Positions 12,327 through 24,002 of a DNA stretch of 64,000 nucleotides are shown here, in pieces; within the stretch, counting starts at the first letter, position 1; every line of letters starts with the position of its first letter. Origin of the DNA: Lama glama (taxonomy: Eukaryota); the NCBI GenBank assembly GCA_028534125.1, contig CM052818.1:5024001-5088000 (forward strand). Direction: 5' to 3'. The notes under the pieces were generated by a model, which was given only the letters and a program-made list of their open reading frames with translations, had not been told where the DNA came from and searched no databases. A program made the position numbers and the translations under genes.

Positions 12327-13369
12327 TCATCTCCAGATTATTATGCAGAAAATTCTCAAGTATTTACTTCCATCGGTTCTTTTAGTATTCAATATTATGT
12401 GTACATTTAATTGGATACTGTAGGCGATTGTATAATAATGATTTAAGGCCTATTGACACATCCTTAGAGGCTAACTCAGTTGTAGCACTTAAAAATCATT
12501 GCTGTTAGTTCTAAAAGTAATATATTCTTGTAAGAAAGTCATGTCATATCAAAAATGAACAAGTAGACAGTGAAGGTCTCCCTTAATTGGAATGCTTGAG
12601 TTATGTCTTCTGAACCATCTTACTTGCTAAAATCAAAATATCCTAGTAACAAAGCCATGATTTTACATTCTGACAGAGGACACTTTAGAGGCTTGAACAG
12701 GACTGTAGTCTTCTGACCATTATATTGGGATCAACAAGTCTGCCTTAAATTGCTCCATCCTGTTGATTCCTGGTACTGTTGTATCCTGAAAAAAAAAAAA
12801 AAGAGTACCTGAATGTAAATGGAAAAAGAACAGCTTTGGAGAGCGGTGATGGAGGGGAGAGATGCTGCTGACTTAGAAGATAATTCCTTTGGGGAAGAGA
12901 GGTGGGTTTCTGGTAAATGCCACTAGAAACCTTAGAGTTAGGTGTGGTCAGCGATATGAGCTGGAGCCTTCTCTGTCTTCCAGGTACCTCTCCTTAACGT
13001 TTTGATTCACAAATTAGAATTTGAGCAGTTCAGGAATGCATTTCTTAATTCATCTTTGTTGTTTATGGAGATAGTGAAAATTCCTCTTAAGTCTAGAATA
13101 TATTCTTTTGCCTACACTCCATGTAATTGCCAGTTTTGTCTTTTTATGGAATTTCATATGTAGTGTAATTAGAAGTCTGGAGAAGGTGAATTAGGCACTG
13201 CTAGTGATGTTGCTATGATAACAAAGAAGTCCTTGAATATTTTATAAATCCTTGTCATGGAGGTTAAGACCAGAATTTAAATAGAAACTTGTAGGATATT
13301 TATACAGACAGGCAATTCAAACACACCACACTTGTTTTATTGGCCAATTGCTGCTTATCCACCCACCAG

Positions 13370-13800
13370 GTAAACTCCTGCCTCAGGGACTTGGCACTCT
13401 CTGTTCCCTCTCTGGCATGCTTGTCCTCTCAATATCTTCATGGCTTCTTCTCTCGTTTCCTTCAGGGCTTTATTCAAAAGGCCTTCTCCCACGATATCTT
13501 CCCTAGAAACCCGATCTAAAATTTCAGCCCCTCACTCAACATTTCTCATCTGTCTTTCCTTCTTTCTTTCAAAATAAAAGAAATAAGACATGTAGTGTGA
13601 CTGATACTAAGGTTAAAAAAAATTTTTCCTTTAGCTAGTGTCAGCAATATTATATATTTTGTTTTTTTATCTTGTTTATTTTTTGCTACTATCACTACAA
13701 TGTAACCACAAAGGGTTTTGTTCTCTACCTTATATTCCCAGTGCTCACAACAGTGTCTGACACATAGGAGGTGGCCTCTAAATGTCTGTTAAATTAACGT
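13370..13800 (+). mobile_element. L2 3' end
   Basis: 'cctgcctcagggacttggcactctctgttccctct' and 'tcccagtgctcacaacagtgtctgacacatagg'. Confidence 0.75.
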
Positions 13801-13832
13801 TGAGTACATAATTGAAAGCCTACAGTTTTTAA

Positions 13833-14053
13833 ATTTTTTTAAGAAGTCCTTTTTTATTAAAATATAGTTGATTTACAACATTATGTTAGTTTCGTGTGTA
13901 TAGCAAAATGATTCAGTTATGTGTAGATATATATGTGTATATATATTCTTTTCCAGATTATTTTCCACCAAAGTTTATTACAAAATATTGACTATAGTTC
14001 CCTGTGCTATACAGCAGGTCTTTGTTGTTTATCCATTTTATATACAGTAGTAT
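13833..14053 (-). mobile_element. Short L1 3' end insertion
   Basis: Antisense L1 3'UTR; degenerate TSD gaaagcctacagtttttaa (13814-13832) / gagagcctatagcttttaa (14054-14072). Confidence 0.85.
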
Positions 14054-14349
14054 GAGAGCCTATAGCTTTTAACATTTCTTAGAAATGAAATTATTTCTGG
14101 ATCATATAGAAATTACTTTATGCTGTTTGACAAATAAATGTATATTGTCTTGCCTGAATATTAAGTTTTACCAGAAGCTAAAAACAACTAAATATAGCTT
14201 TGCCTTCAATGGCAAATACATAATCATGTAGATTATCATTAATCTTCTGTTTGTGTATCTAATGACAGCTATGCCAGAGTCCATCCGTCTACAAACCCGA
14301 TTCTCTAATTTTAACCAATCCTATTCGTCAGTGACTTCAGTGCCTCGGT

Positions 14350-14363
14350 TCACCAGATGGCGC
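14350..14363 (+). promoter_or_regulatory. Candidate CTCF site
   Basis: TCACCAGATGGCGC matches 13/14 of CCASYAGRKGGCRS, within a CpG-retaining patch. Confidence 0.5.
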
Positions 14364-14426
14364 GGGCTCTAGATCAAAGAGGGTCATATTATGTACTGAG
14401 AGTGTCTTTCACAATATAAAACGGTG

Positions 14427-14837
14427 GACGGACCTGGAGGTCATTATGTTTAGTGAACTAAGTCAGACAAAGAAAGGCAAATAATGTATGTTATCACTTA
14501 TACATGGAATCTAAAAAATAAAACAAACGCATGAATATAACAAAACAGTAACAGCATCACAGATATGGAGAGCAAACTAGTGGCTACCAGTGGCGAGAGG
14601 GATGGAGGCGGGGCAAATGGGGGTAGGGGTTTAAGAGGTACGAACTAGTATGTGTAAAATAAATAAGCTACAAGGATATATTATACAGCACAGAGAATAT
14701 AGCCAATATCTCCTAATAACTTTAAATGGAGTGTAATCTCTGAAAATACTGAATTACTATGTTGTACACCTGAAAGTCACATAATATCGTAAATCAACTA
14801 TACTTTACTATAAAAATAAAAATCAATCAATCAATAA
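14427..14837 (+). mobile_element. L1 (L1MA9/artiodactyl-type) 3' end
   Basis: 'gacctggaggtcattatgtttagtgaactaagtcagac...' to A-rich tail; TSD acaatataaaacggtg (14411-14426) / acaatataaaatggtg (14838-14853). Confidence 0.9.
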
Positions 14838-14874
14838 ACAATATAAAATGGTGACGAATTTCCAGTGGACTGAA

Positions 14875-15140
14875 AAAATGTCAGACTTACAGGAAAGTAA
14901 AAATAGTACAAAAAATTCCCACATATCCCTCACCCAGAATCCCTAAATGTGAACATTTTACCCTTGCCTTCTCATTCTCCCATCCTACATGTAATATACA
15001 AATATTATCATTTTTCCGGAACCATCTGAAAGGAAGTTGCAGACATATGCCCCTTTAGTCCTAAATATTTGTGTGTATTTCCCAAAACAAGGGCACATTC
15101 TCAGATAACCTTAATATAATGATAAAAACCAGCAAATTAT
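14875..15140 (-). mobile_element. L1MC4/5-type 3' fragment
   Basis: 'aaaaatagtacaaaaaattccc...gaaccatctgaaaggaagttgcagacat...cctaaatatttgtgtgtatttcc'. Confidence 0.7.
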
Positions 15141-15279
15141 GCATTTACTGCTAGACACAGCATTTAAAAACCTATGCATATGGGTAACCGATACCATCGT
15201 GACTATTATTTTGCCTATAATTCAATCTGCTTTCAAGTACTGCAGAATGTCACTGTTGCCTTTTGTTCTTATTTTACAG

Positions 15280-15396
15280 ATCTTGCCTCAAATGATGTCA
15301 AAGTGAAACTTACTGCATCCTGACAATGGTTATATCATGCTGTTGCTGCTTGTGAATTTGAAGCGGCAGATCAAAAGTTATTCCGAGACCTCCCAG
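15280..15396 (+). other. Candidate 117-nt exon (unidentified transcript)
   Basis: Acceptor 'ccttttgttcttattttacag|' and donor 'ccag|gtataa'; no homology recognised. Confidence 0.3.
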
Positions 15397-15538
15397 GTAT
15401 AACACATCTGTCTCAGTTTTTAGGGTTACTATTTGGGGTCTGGTAAAATTAGAGATGACCTTTGGGATTCAAAGATTTGTGATGCGTAGTTTTGAATGTT
15501 CAGAGTCATTTCTTCCTGCAAATTATGATGTGCTTTTG

Positions 15539-16211
15539 TTTTCTTTTTTATTGACGTATAATCAGTTTACAATGTTGTATTAATTTCTGGTGGACAGCAT
15601 AGTGATTCAGTTATACATATATATTCCTTTTCACATTCTTTTTTATTATAGGTTATTACAAGGTATTGATTATAATTCCCTGTGCTGTACAGTAGGACCT
15701 TGTTGCTTATGTGTTTTATGTATAGTAGTTAGTATCTGTAAATCCCAAACTGCTGATTCATCCTTCTCCCGTTCCCTTTTGGTAGCCATAAGCTTGTCTT
15801 CTATGTCTGTGAGTCTTCCTGTTTTGTAAATAAGTTCATTTGTTTCATTTTTAAAGATTTCACGTAGAAGTGATATCATATGACATTAGTCTTTGTCTAT
15901 CGGCTTACTTCACTTAGTGTGATAATTTCTAGGTCCACCATGTTGTTGCGAATGGCATTATTTTACTCTTTTTACAGTTGAGTAGTATTCCACTGTGTGT
16001 ATCTTCTTTATCCAGTCATTTGTCAATGGACATTTAGGTTGCTTCCATGTCTTGGCTATTGTAAATAGTGCTGCTATGAACATTGGGGTGCATGAGTCTT
16101 TTCGAATTAGGGTTTTCTTTTTTTCCAGATATTGCCCAGGGAGTGAGATTGCTGAATCATATGGAGTTCTATTTTTAGTTTTTTAAGGAATCGCCGTACT
16201 GTTTTCCTTGG
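15539..16211 (-). mobile_element. 5'-truncated camelid-type L1
   Basis: Antisense L1 3'UTR and ORF2 end; TSD tgatgtgcttttg (15526-15538) / tgatgtgcctttg (16212-16224). Confidence 0.9.
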
Positions 16212-16229
16212 TGATGTGCCTTTGCTATT

Positions 16230-16640
16230 GTGATGTCACAGTACTGCCCCCCTCAAGCCCTGGACCGCATCAGCTTTTACAGTGTGGTGAGCACCCATGA
16301 TGGATGCTCTTTTGGTTTGCACCTCGCATCCCGCTGGATGCTGAAACGTCATCCGCAGGTTCTTTGTAGACAGGTCTCAGTTGGGACATCTGCTTACCAT
16401 AACCTCAAATCACCTTTGCTGGTCAATTATCTATTATTTTCTTTTCTTTACCCTCTCTTCTGTAAGGGCCTCTGGGTGGTAACAACTTTCTTGCCTCTAA
16501 TCCCAGATTCTGGCATTATCCCCTGTGGTTCCTTTACACCACATTCATACCTATGTAGTGGATGTCTTTCTAAATAAGCCTTCATCAAATTAAACTATTT
16601 TAAGTGTGCCATTTGTTACTTGGTAGGGTCTTGACTTTTA
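16230..16640 (+). mobile_element. LTR33-like ERVL LTR remnant
   Basis: 3' end 'ccctgtggttcctttacacc...attttaagtgtgccatttgttacttggtagggtcttgact' resembles the LTR33 terminus; left boundary uncertain. Confidence 0.55.
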
Positions 16641-16879
16641 CATCTTTTACTGTTTAAAAGCAAGTTTTCACTGGGTTTTCTGTTCCCTCCAGCCAAAATG
16701 ATCATTAGGGTTATGTTATGTGTGTTTGTGTGTGTCTCTGTGAGCTTGTGTTTGCATCCACTCCCACAGACACAAACCACATTTGTGAACATACACTTGT
16801 AATTATTATATATATTCAATTCTTGTAACATTTTATACATCACATAAGCCTTTTATATTAATAGTTTTTGGAGCTCTCA

Positions 16880-17300
16880 CTTTTAATAATTGCAATGATT
16901 TCCATAGTGGCTGATGATAATATAATTAAGTTACACATTTCCCTCTTTGGAGACATTAGGTCCTCTCAAATCTTCAAATTTTCACTGTGAAAAATAATGT
17001 TGTATAGAATATTTTATGTATAAGGCTTTGGTGATAAATTCCCCAAAGCATAATTATTGAGTTAAAGTATATATTTGCATTTATAAATACTTATTTTTAT
17101 TTTACATTTTATAAACATGTTATATTTATATTTGATGTTGCAAAATTGCCTTTGAAAAGAATTAGAACAGTCTAGCTGTGTGTGAAAGTACCCATTTTGC
17201 TGCATCTTAGTGAGCATTGTGTATTTCTGTTTTTTCACTTGCTAGTTTATCAAAAAATTTTTTTCTTTACAATTTTTCTATACATTTTTACTAATATGAA
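16880..17300 (-). mobile_element. Ancient L1ME fragment
   Basis: 'taattattgagttaaagtatat...gttgcaaaattgcctttgaaaag...gtgtgaaagtacccattt'. Confidence 0.55.
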
Positions 17301-18199
17301 TGGAACCTAATTTATTTTCACAGATTTCTTCTCCGTCAATTTTCTTCTTTGTATAGGTCAGAAATTCTTTTAACTCTCTATTTCGTGCCTTGCCAACCAT
17401 CATGTAACTAAAGAAAATTAAACCAGAATTTTAAAAGATCAGGAAGAAATTCTTTATCATAGGTGCTATTTATAAAGTATCATTTGGAGGCTACTTCCTT
17501 AATGTTATATTACTGTAATCAGATGCTAGACTTTCTATCAACTGACTTAGCAGTCAGAGGTCAAGCACTGGTATAGTTGTCTATAATACAAAGAGAGTTT
17601 CTTTCTTCTGGGAAAGTGTGAGTGATTCTGGTGAGGAGTGGTATGAAGGGGTGTTTGTTTGGGCTGTTGGTTTATGGCACTGAGCGCCATGGAGTTCGTT
17701 ATTCAAGGGACATCATTCATCAGCTTGCTCAAGGAAATGTCTGGTTGGATTTTTCCAGCCAACGAAAATGGGAGGGAGACATTTTGTTCAAAGAAATTTC
17801 AGATAAAAAACTTAAAAAAAAAAAAAAAAGAGAATCATCCACATAATATCCTCACTTCTCCCTTGATTAAATAAAGCAGCTCTTGATAGCAATTTTCAGT
17901 TTTATCTTCAATCAATCACACTGTTTTTTCCTTTCCCTGAAGTTTCTGCAACTGTCTTTAGTATATCACAATTAATTTTTTTCTCCCTCCCTGTTTAACT
18001 CTTTGACCAGACTTAAGAATTCATCACTTTTTACATTTTTGTTTCATACTTTATTTCCATCCTTTCCTCTGCCGTGCTCCCTGACATGGAAGTTGCTTTT
18101 CTTTCTCAAATTAGCTTTCTCTTTTTGCCCTATTCTCTTCTTACACTCTATTTTTCAATGAAGTTTTAGAAGCTTGCAGATGATTCTTTTGCAGAGACA

Positions 18200-18255
18200 G
18201 TATATGTATGTGTGTGTATATATATACACATACACACATACACATACACATATAC
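18200..18255. repeat. Compound (TG)/(TA)/(CA) microsatellite
   Basis: tatatgtatgtgtgtgtatatatatacacatacacacatacacatacacatatac. Confidence 0.85.
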
Positions 18256-18359
18256 CCTTGAATTAGTATGAAAGGGCAAAGAAAAATAAAATATTGAGGG
18301 ACAGTTTTGTTTGCTGAGGGGTTGGCTTTGCCCAGTTGTTTAGTGAGCTCTGGGCTGAA

Positions 18360-18510
18360 GCCCCAATTTGTGTTTTCCATAAAGCGTCATGTAGTGAATA
18401 TCTTAGACGTTTTTGGTCACATACCATCTTCTTTTATGTTACTGTTTTCTGTACAATATTTTACAAATGTGAAATTCTTAGCTTGGGGGTTGATAAAAAC
18501 AAGCCAATAA
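18360..18510 (-). mobile_element. MER58C-like MITE fragment
   Basis: 'tagtgaatatcttagac...ggtcacatac...aaatgtgaaattcttagct...aaaaacaagcc' is reverse-complement-like to the 7123-7301 copy. Confidence 0.6.
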
Positions 18511-18820
18511 CTGGAATTAAAAGTCATCCCCTGCTCTTACCTCAGACTGACCCACAGTGATGCCTGGCAATTCTTGTCAAGAACCTCCATCTGCTTCCAT
18601 TCTTAGCAGCTTCTCTTAACTCTGACCTTGGAAAGGTCCCTATACATTTCCCACTGTTTCAGCTTCCTAGCAGAAGTACCACCTCATTTATGCCCTGGCC
18701 TCTACCTGTCTTTCTTATCACTTCTTCACATGCCTTTTTGGCTACTGCTGGATCAAATTACTTCAGACTCTTTCTATTCCTAAAGACCACCTTGGGCCCC
18801 TGCCAAGATTCACATACCAC

Positions 18821-19636
18821 TGTTATCAAACTCAGGTTCAATTGCTCATCTCTTAAGAATCAAATACTGAGAGACAAGTGTTAGGTAAAAGGAAGAATAG
18901 TTTTATGGAGGAAACCAGCAATCCTGGGGAGAAGATGGAGTCGTGTCCCAAAGAACCAACTCCCTCTTGCCAATCAAGGGGCAAGAGCTTTTAAAGGGGA
19001 ACTTCAGGCATTTACAGGCTGGGGGTGGCGGGGCACCATGTACAGTCAGCTCTGACGGTCATCTTCAAATTGGTCATGTGGTGGTCTGGTCAGTGCCATC
19101 TTGATTGTTTTTATTTCTTAATTTAGTTGTTTTTTTTTTTTTTTTTAGTGGGGGTGCCGGGGATTGAACCCAGGACCTCCTGCATACTCAGCACGCACTC
19201 TACTACTGAGCTTTTCCCTGTCCCTCATCTTCATTGTTTGAAGTTCTGTTAATCTTCAGTTCCAGGGTCAGTTTGTTTCCATTTCCTGGAGGCCAGTTCT
19301 AAGAATTGTGGCAGCTCCTGTCATGGCTGTAGTCTGGCCATCATTCCGTTAACTTCTCCCTGGTGAGATTTCAGTATCTGCAAAACAGCTCAAAGGACAT
19401 GGCTCAGGATATTATCTATTACCCTCGAGGGAGAACCAAGGGTCCCTGACTTTGTTTAATGGCCAAACTGTTATTATTTTGTCTTATGTGACTGTTTTCC
19501 TTCATTTTGGCATTTTCTCATTTCTCTGATTAAATTTGTTCTTTGGTTAAAGTTTTTCTACAGACAATAGGCATGTGGAGGACATGGTGGAGGGGGCCTG
19601 TCCTGGGAAGGCCCCGTGGGGTTCTGCTCTGTTACA
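18821..19636 (-). mobile_element. ERV1-class solo LTR (LTR39-like, cetartiodactyl), containing a SINE
   Basis: Termini TGTTA...TTACA; 4-bp TSD CCAC (18817-18820 / 19637-19640); 'aagaatcaaatactgagagacaagtgttag' resembles artiodactyl LTR39-type LTRs. Confidence 0.8.
19111..19225 (-). mobile_element. Vic-1-type tRNA-derived camelid SINE
   Basis: 'ggggattgaacccaggacctcctgcatactcagcacgcactctactactgagc' (Pol III B and A boxes, antisense), T-tail; TSD catcttgattgttt (19097-19110) / catcttcattgttt (19226-19239). Confidence 0.85.
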
Positions 19637-21379
19637 CCACCACAGCACAGAATGTTCCCCTACAGAAATACAGCAAAGTATAACCCAAAATATAAATATC
19701 CCCACAGAGTCCTAATGAGGGATGCTGCAGGAAAGACAGCCTTTGGCACAAGCACTGGCAAAGAGATGTTTTTAGGTCCCCCAGCTGTTCAGATAGTCAT
19801 CCCTCAGCAACATTCCAGACTATTCCATGTCTTTTTCCTGGTTGCTTGGAAGGGCCCAAACTGTGAACACTGGCTCCTCCGTGCCAGAGAATTTCTATAT
19901 TAACAGTTCTGGAAAAGATCTTTATACTTTGCATATGAGGTTCCCCGCCTGAAGACTCTTCAACCATCCTTACCCCCTTTCCTGACATGGGTAGGCCCTA
20001 CTTCTAAGCTTAATGGATCAAAGCATATGAACATTAAAACAGCATGATGTGTATGTGTCCTTGAATCATTTGTCAGAAATTTGGCTTAAATTCCCACTAA
20101 CGGTGTGCAGAAGAGTTCTTCCTGCCAAATGGAGGACATATTTTTATTATTGTGTTTCAAAATAAAGTTAACCAAGTTGTTTCAGAAGAATGTTTAAACT
20201 ATGTAATTGCATGTGTGTCCAATCCCAGTGCTTTATACTGTGAATGTTTGATATACTATAATTACAGCGCTAATAACACCCATAATTCTTTAGCCTGATT
20301 TATTCTATGGAATTATTTCAGCACTTGGGGAAAAGAATCATCCTGGGATTATTGTCAAATTTGTTTTACTAGCCGTGAGTGGCACCTGAAACTAGGCATT
20401 TAAGTGATGGCTTCTTGGGAGGTGTTCATCCGAGTGCAAATGAGTTTGGCTCCGAACAGATTTTAGCAGGCGTTTGACAGCTTGGATGACTGGCACGTTG
20501 TCATCTTCATAACACACCTAAAATGCAGAGTGCCAAAAATCACAAACAGGTTGGGTGTAGTTTAAGATCTGAGACCTTGTCCAACTTAGTTAATCTTTTA
20601 AATCACAGCAGCAGAAATATGCCAGCTTTAATTAAAACGGCAGCCTATCATGTAAAATATGATTATCTTATCTACAGATATACATTTTTACATTAGTAGT
20701 CCTATTTGTTTTAAAATATGTCTTTTTAAGACGAATGTGTAGTGTGGGATTGACAGCTGATGGGACCAGAAACCTCCCTGGGGCAACAAAGAATACTTCT
20801 GGTATACCAGTCAGGGGTTCCTCTCTCTGAGCATTTTGAAGTTTTGCTCCAGGGCTATAAAACAGGGGGAATTTTTATTGATGAGGAAGAAAGCCCATTT
20901 TTGTTATATTGTGTGTTGATGATAGACATTAATAAGGGACAGTTCAGGGACTCTGAGAGGGTCAGTGATTCACATCACATAAAACGCTCTTCTGGAGGTG
21001 CTGGGGTTTAATAAAGAGGGAGTTTGGATCATAGGGGGTGTGTGTGCACGCGCGCGTGTGCATGCACACATGCGTTTTAGTTGATATCCACAAATTAGTG
21101 ATATACTGGAAAAGAACAAGGGCTTAAAAAGGTATGAGGCTCAACAGTTTTTTTTTTTTCACTTCGGCTTCAGAAATTTCTGTCATGTTGCAAAATATTT
21201 ACTAGATGTTTTTTATTCCCAGCACAATAAATCATCAACATGTATTAAGTACCTATTTTTAATTTCTTCTTAAACTTCCTCGGAGAGGGAGTGTGGGACT
21301 CCTCATTAGTTAAGAACTGAGCAGGGATATGACACATGAAAAGTAAAAGGAAACATCAGTGGGAAAAGTTAGAGAAAGA

Positions 21380-21700
21380 TCCACAAAGAGATACGTCCTA
21401 ACCAGAGAGACAGGAAGATCTGGAAAGGCAATGTCTTAGGGTCTAGTAGCTGAAAAAGTTTCAATCAGAAACGCATGGTCAGTGATGTCAGATGCTACAG
21501 GTTCTACGAAAGGCAATTAAATTTGGTGGTTAGACGATTGTTGAAAACTTTTGAAAGAGTTGTTTCAGTGGAGGAGTAGGAACAGAAGTTTTGTGAGCAA
21601 AGAAAAGGTCTGATATGGAATATAATCCTAGAGTAAAAGATTTATAAGGACAGGGAAAAATTTGGCCTGGGAGAGGATGCCTGTCAAAGATGTAGGAGAA
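21380..21700 (-). mobile_element. L2 fragment
   Basis: 'tggtcagtgatgtcagatgctacag...gagttgtttcagtggaggagtaggaacagaag' antisense L2-like. Confidence 0.6.
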
Positions 21701-23779
21701 ATGATGTAACAGAACAGGGGTAACTGATGAGTCCAAGTCTCCAGGATAATGAAAATCTCTGCACTTTCTCCTGCTGTAGGTTTCTTTTCAAGCGTCCACT
21801 TCGAGACTGTGCAGATTACATGCCTAATTACAAGTTGGAAGAGATGCAATATAAATGACGAGGGTGTCTCAATAGGCAGCGCTGATGAATCCATTAATTT
21901 GGGTACCATTGATCAAGCACTGTGAAGTGAATCCTGCAGTGTGGGTTAGACCAGAGCATACATTAATAAACGCACTTGCGCTTGACCTATAAAATGAATG
22001 ATCAACATGTCCCACTGGGCCGGGAAACCGGCAAGCTCTCCGAAGAATCATCACTATCACTAAGCCATTTTAAAAGCCTGGTTTTAGATTTTCATTAGGA
22101 GAAATATCTCTGAATGCCTCTCCTAATGAAAACCGAGTACCTAATTTCTACTAAAACAGACACAGGGCAATTATTAAAGTTTTTGCTCTTGAAAGTGAAA
22201 ATAAAGTGCTTTTACTTTACCTACACCTGTGTCTCCTTTCCTTTGGGAAGTAACTGCAATTACCAATTTATTTAGAAAATATTTCTTGAACAACACTATG
22301 AGTGTGGCACTTATCCTGAATGACACTAGCTTATCAAATAGTTTAAGTGGAACTATTTATTATATTTTACTGAGAAAAAGAATGCTTAACTGGGCTGTAA
22401 TTCCTCTAATAAAGCCCAGTTTTGAGGTAAGGATGGTTATCCGCACTGCCGAGAGCTTTAACTGCTTAGGCAAATCTCTGTCCATCTCCTCCTAGAACTC
22501 TAAATAAAAATTGAATATTGAGGAAAACATAATGTTAAAAGGTGGTTGCCCTTTAAGAGGACAATTTTTTTTTCTTTTTAAAAAAAGAGGGTTTCTTTTT
22601 GGAAAGAAAAATCCCTTTTTAGGCTCTTTGATTATGAAAACTGAGTGATCCCCTAAAGTCATTCAGATTAGGGGAAGTGCTTTATTTGCTGTACATGGAC
22701 AAGTAAGGGGACTTCGGCGATTGTCTCCTGGTAACTCTAGAGCTGTTTGAGAGTTTGAGCAGAGTAGAGTAGGCATGGGTTTAAAGGGACTGAGTAGACG
22801 ATAACATGGCACAAGGTTAGCGCTGAAGGGGGAAAGAGGATGTGGCAGAATGGCCGGATATAGTTATAATATAAAAGATGCCACTCGAATGTGGTTTTTG
22901 ATCTGTGGTGTAATCTAATTTCCTTCTATCATCTTGATAAAAGGCCAGTTTTACACAGCAGCCCTTATTTAATGATACTATCGGTGGAGAAGGAGGAGGA
23001 GCTCTGTCTTGTGCTTGTGACAAGTTGTGATGAGGAAGATTTCACCTGGAGGTGAGATGGCAAAGGGTGGTTTTGATTTTGGAAGGAGTCAGACTTGAGT
23101 AGAGGAAGCCATCTGGGAACCCATGGAAGTACTTTGAAGGAACTAGTCTCTTCACAGAAAACAGAGTTGTTAAAGGTGATTTTATTTATAAAAACATGAT
23201 TCCTGGTTCCTGAACTCCCCGGGAACTTACACCTGAAACATGGGTAGCGTTGTCATCTCATCGTGAGAATCCGTTCACTGCTGGAAGCCCAGGGAGAAAA
23301 GAAAGACCTTGAAGCTTCTAGGATTTGAGTTGGAAATAACAGACTTTTCGAAAAGGGAAATGAACACGTTACATTCCAACATAAATGTCATTCCGATATT
23401 AACATTTTCCCGTCCAGTTAGCACTTCTTTTTCAAGCCGTATTCAGCTGTAGGGAAACTTATTAGGTCAAATCATATTCTATCCAGTAAGAAAAGTTTCA
23501 TTCTTTTGAGAACTTTAGGGGCTTGTGGCCAGAAGTTCAGACGGTATCTTAGCATTTGCTTTGCATTCTTAATAGCTTGTAGCAAAGGGTTCTCATGCAG
23601 AATGTAACCTCAGTTGGGGTTACCATTTGCTGAACATATTAATAATGGCTTCCAGTGGGAACTATGATTATTCTGTTACTTTTCTTGGGCTAGTGTTTGT
23701 CATGTTGTAACAGGCCATGCAACTCTGCAAGAGAAAGCTAGGAAGTCATGATGTGTCAGAAAAAAGCCAGGGCGGAGGA

Positions 23780-23985
23780 CAGCAGAGCAGTTAAGAGGTT
23801 AACAGCACACACTTTGGAGTCGACTGGGTGGGTTAATATCCTGGTTCTGTTTCTCCCTTGCTGTGACTGAATGAACGAATCATCCTTTCCGAGCCTCAGT
23901 TTCTTTATCATAAAATGAGACAATTAAATAAGTTACCTATTAGAAGAGTACCTGGCACATGTAAGTGCTTAATAAATGCTAGCTT
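23780..23985 (+). mobile_element. MIR SINE
   Basis: 'gagcctcagtttctttatcataaaatgag...cctggcacatgtaagtgcttaataaatgctagct'. Confidence 0.85.
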
Positions 23986-24002
23986 CCATAGAAGGTGATT
24001 CT

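Noticed and set aside
15321..15323. In-frame TGA in the candidate exon as selenocysteine
   Set aside because: No resemblance to known selenoprotein motifs, no SECIS identified, and the exon is unproven
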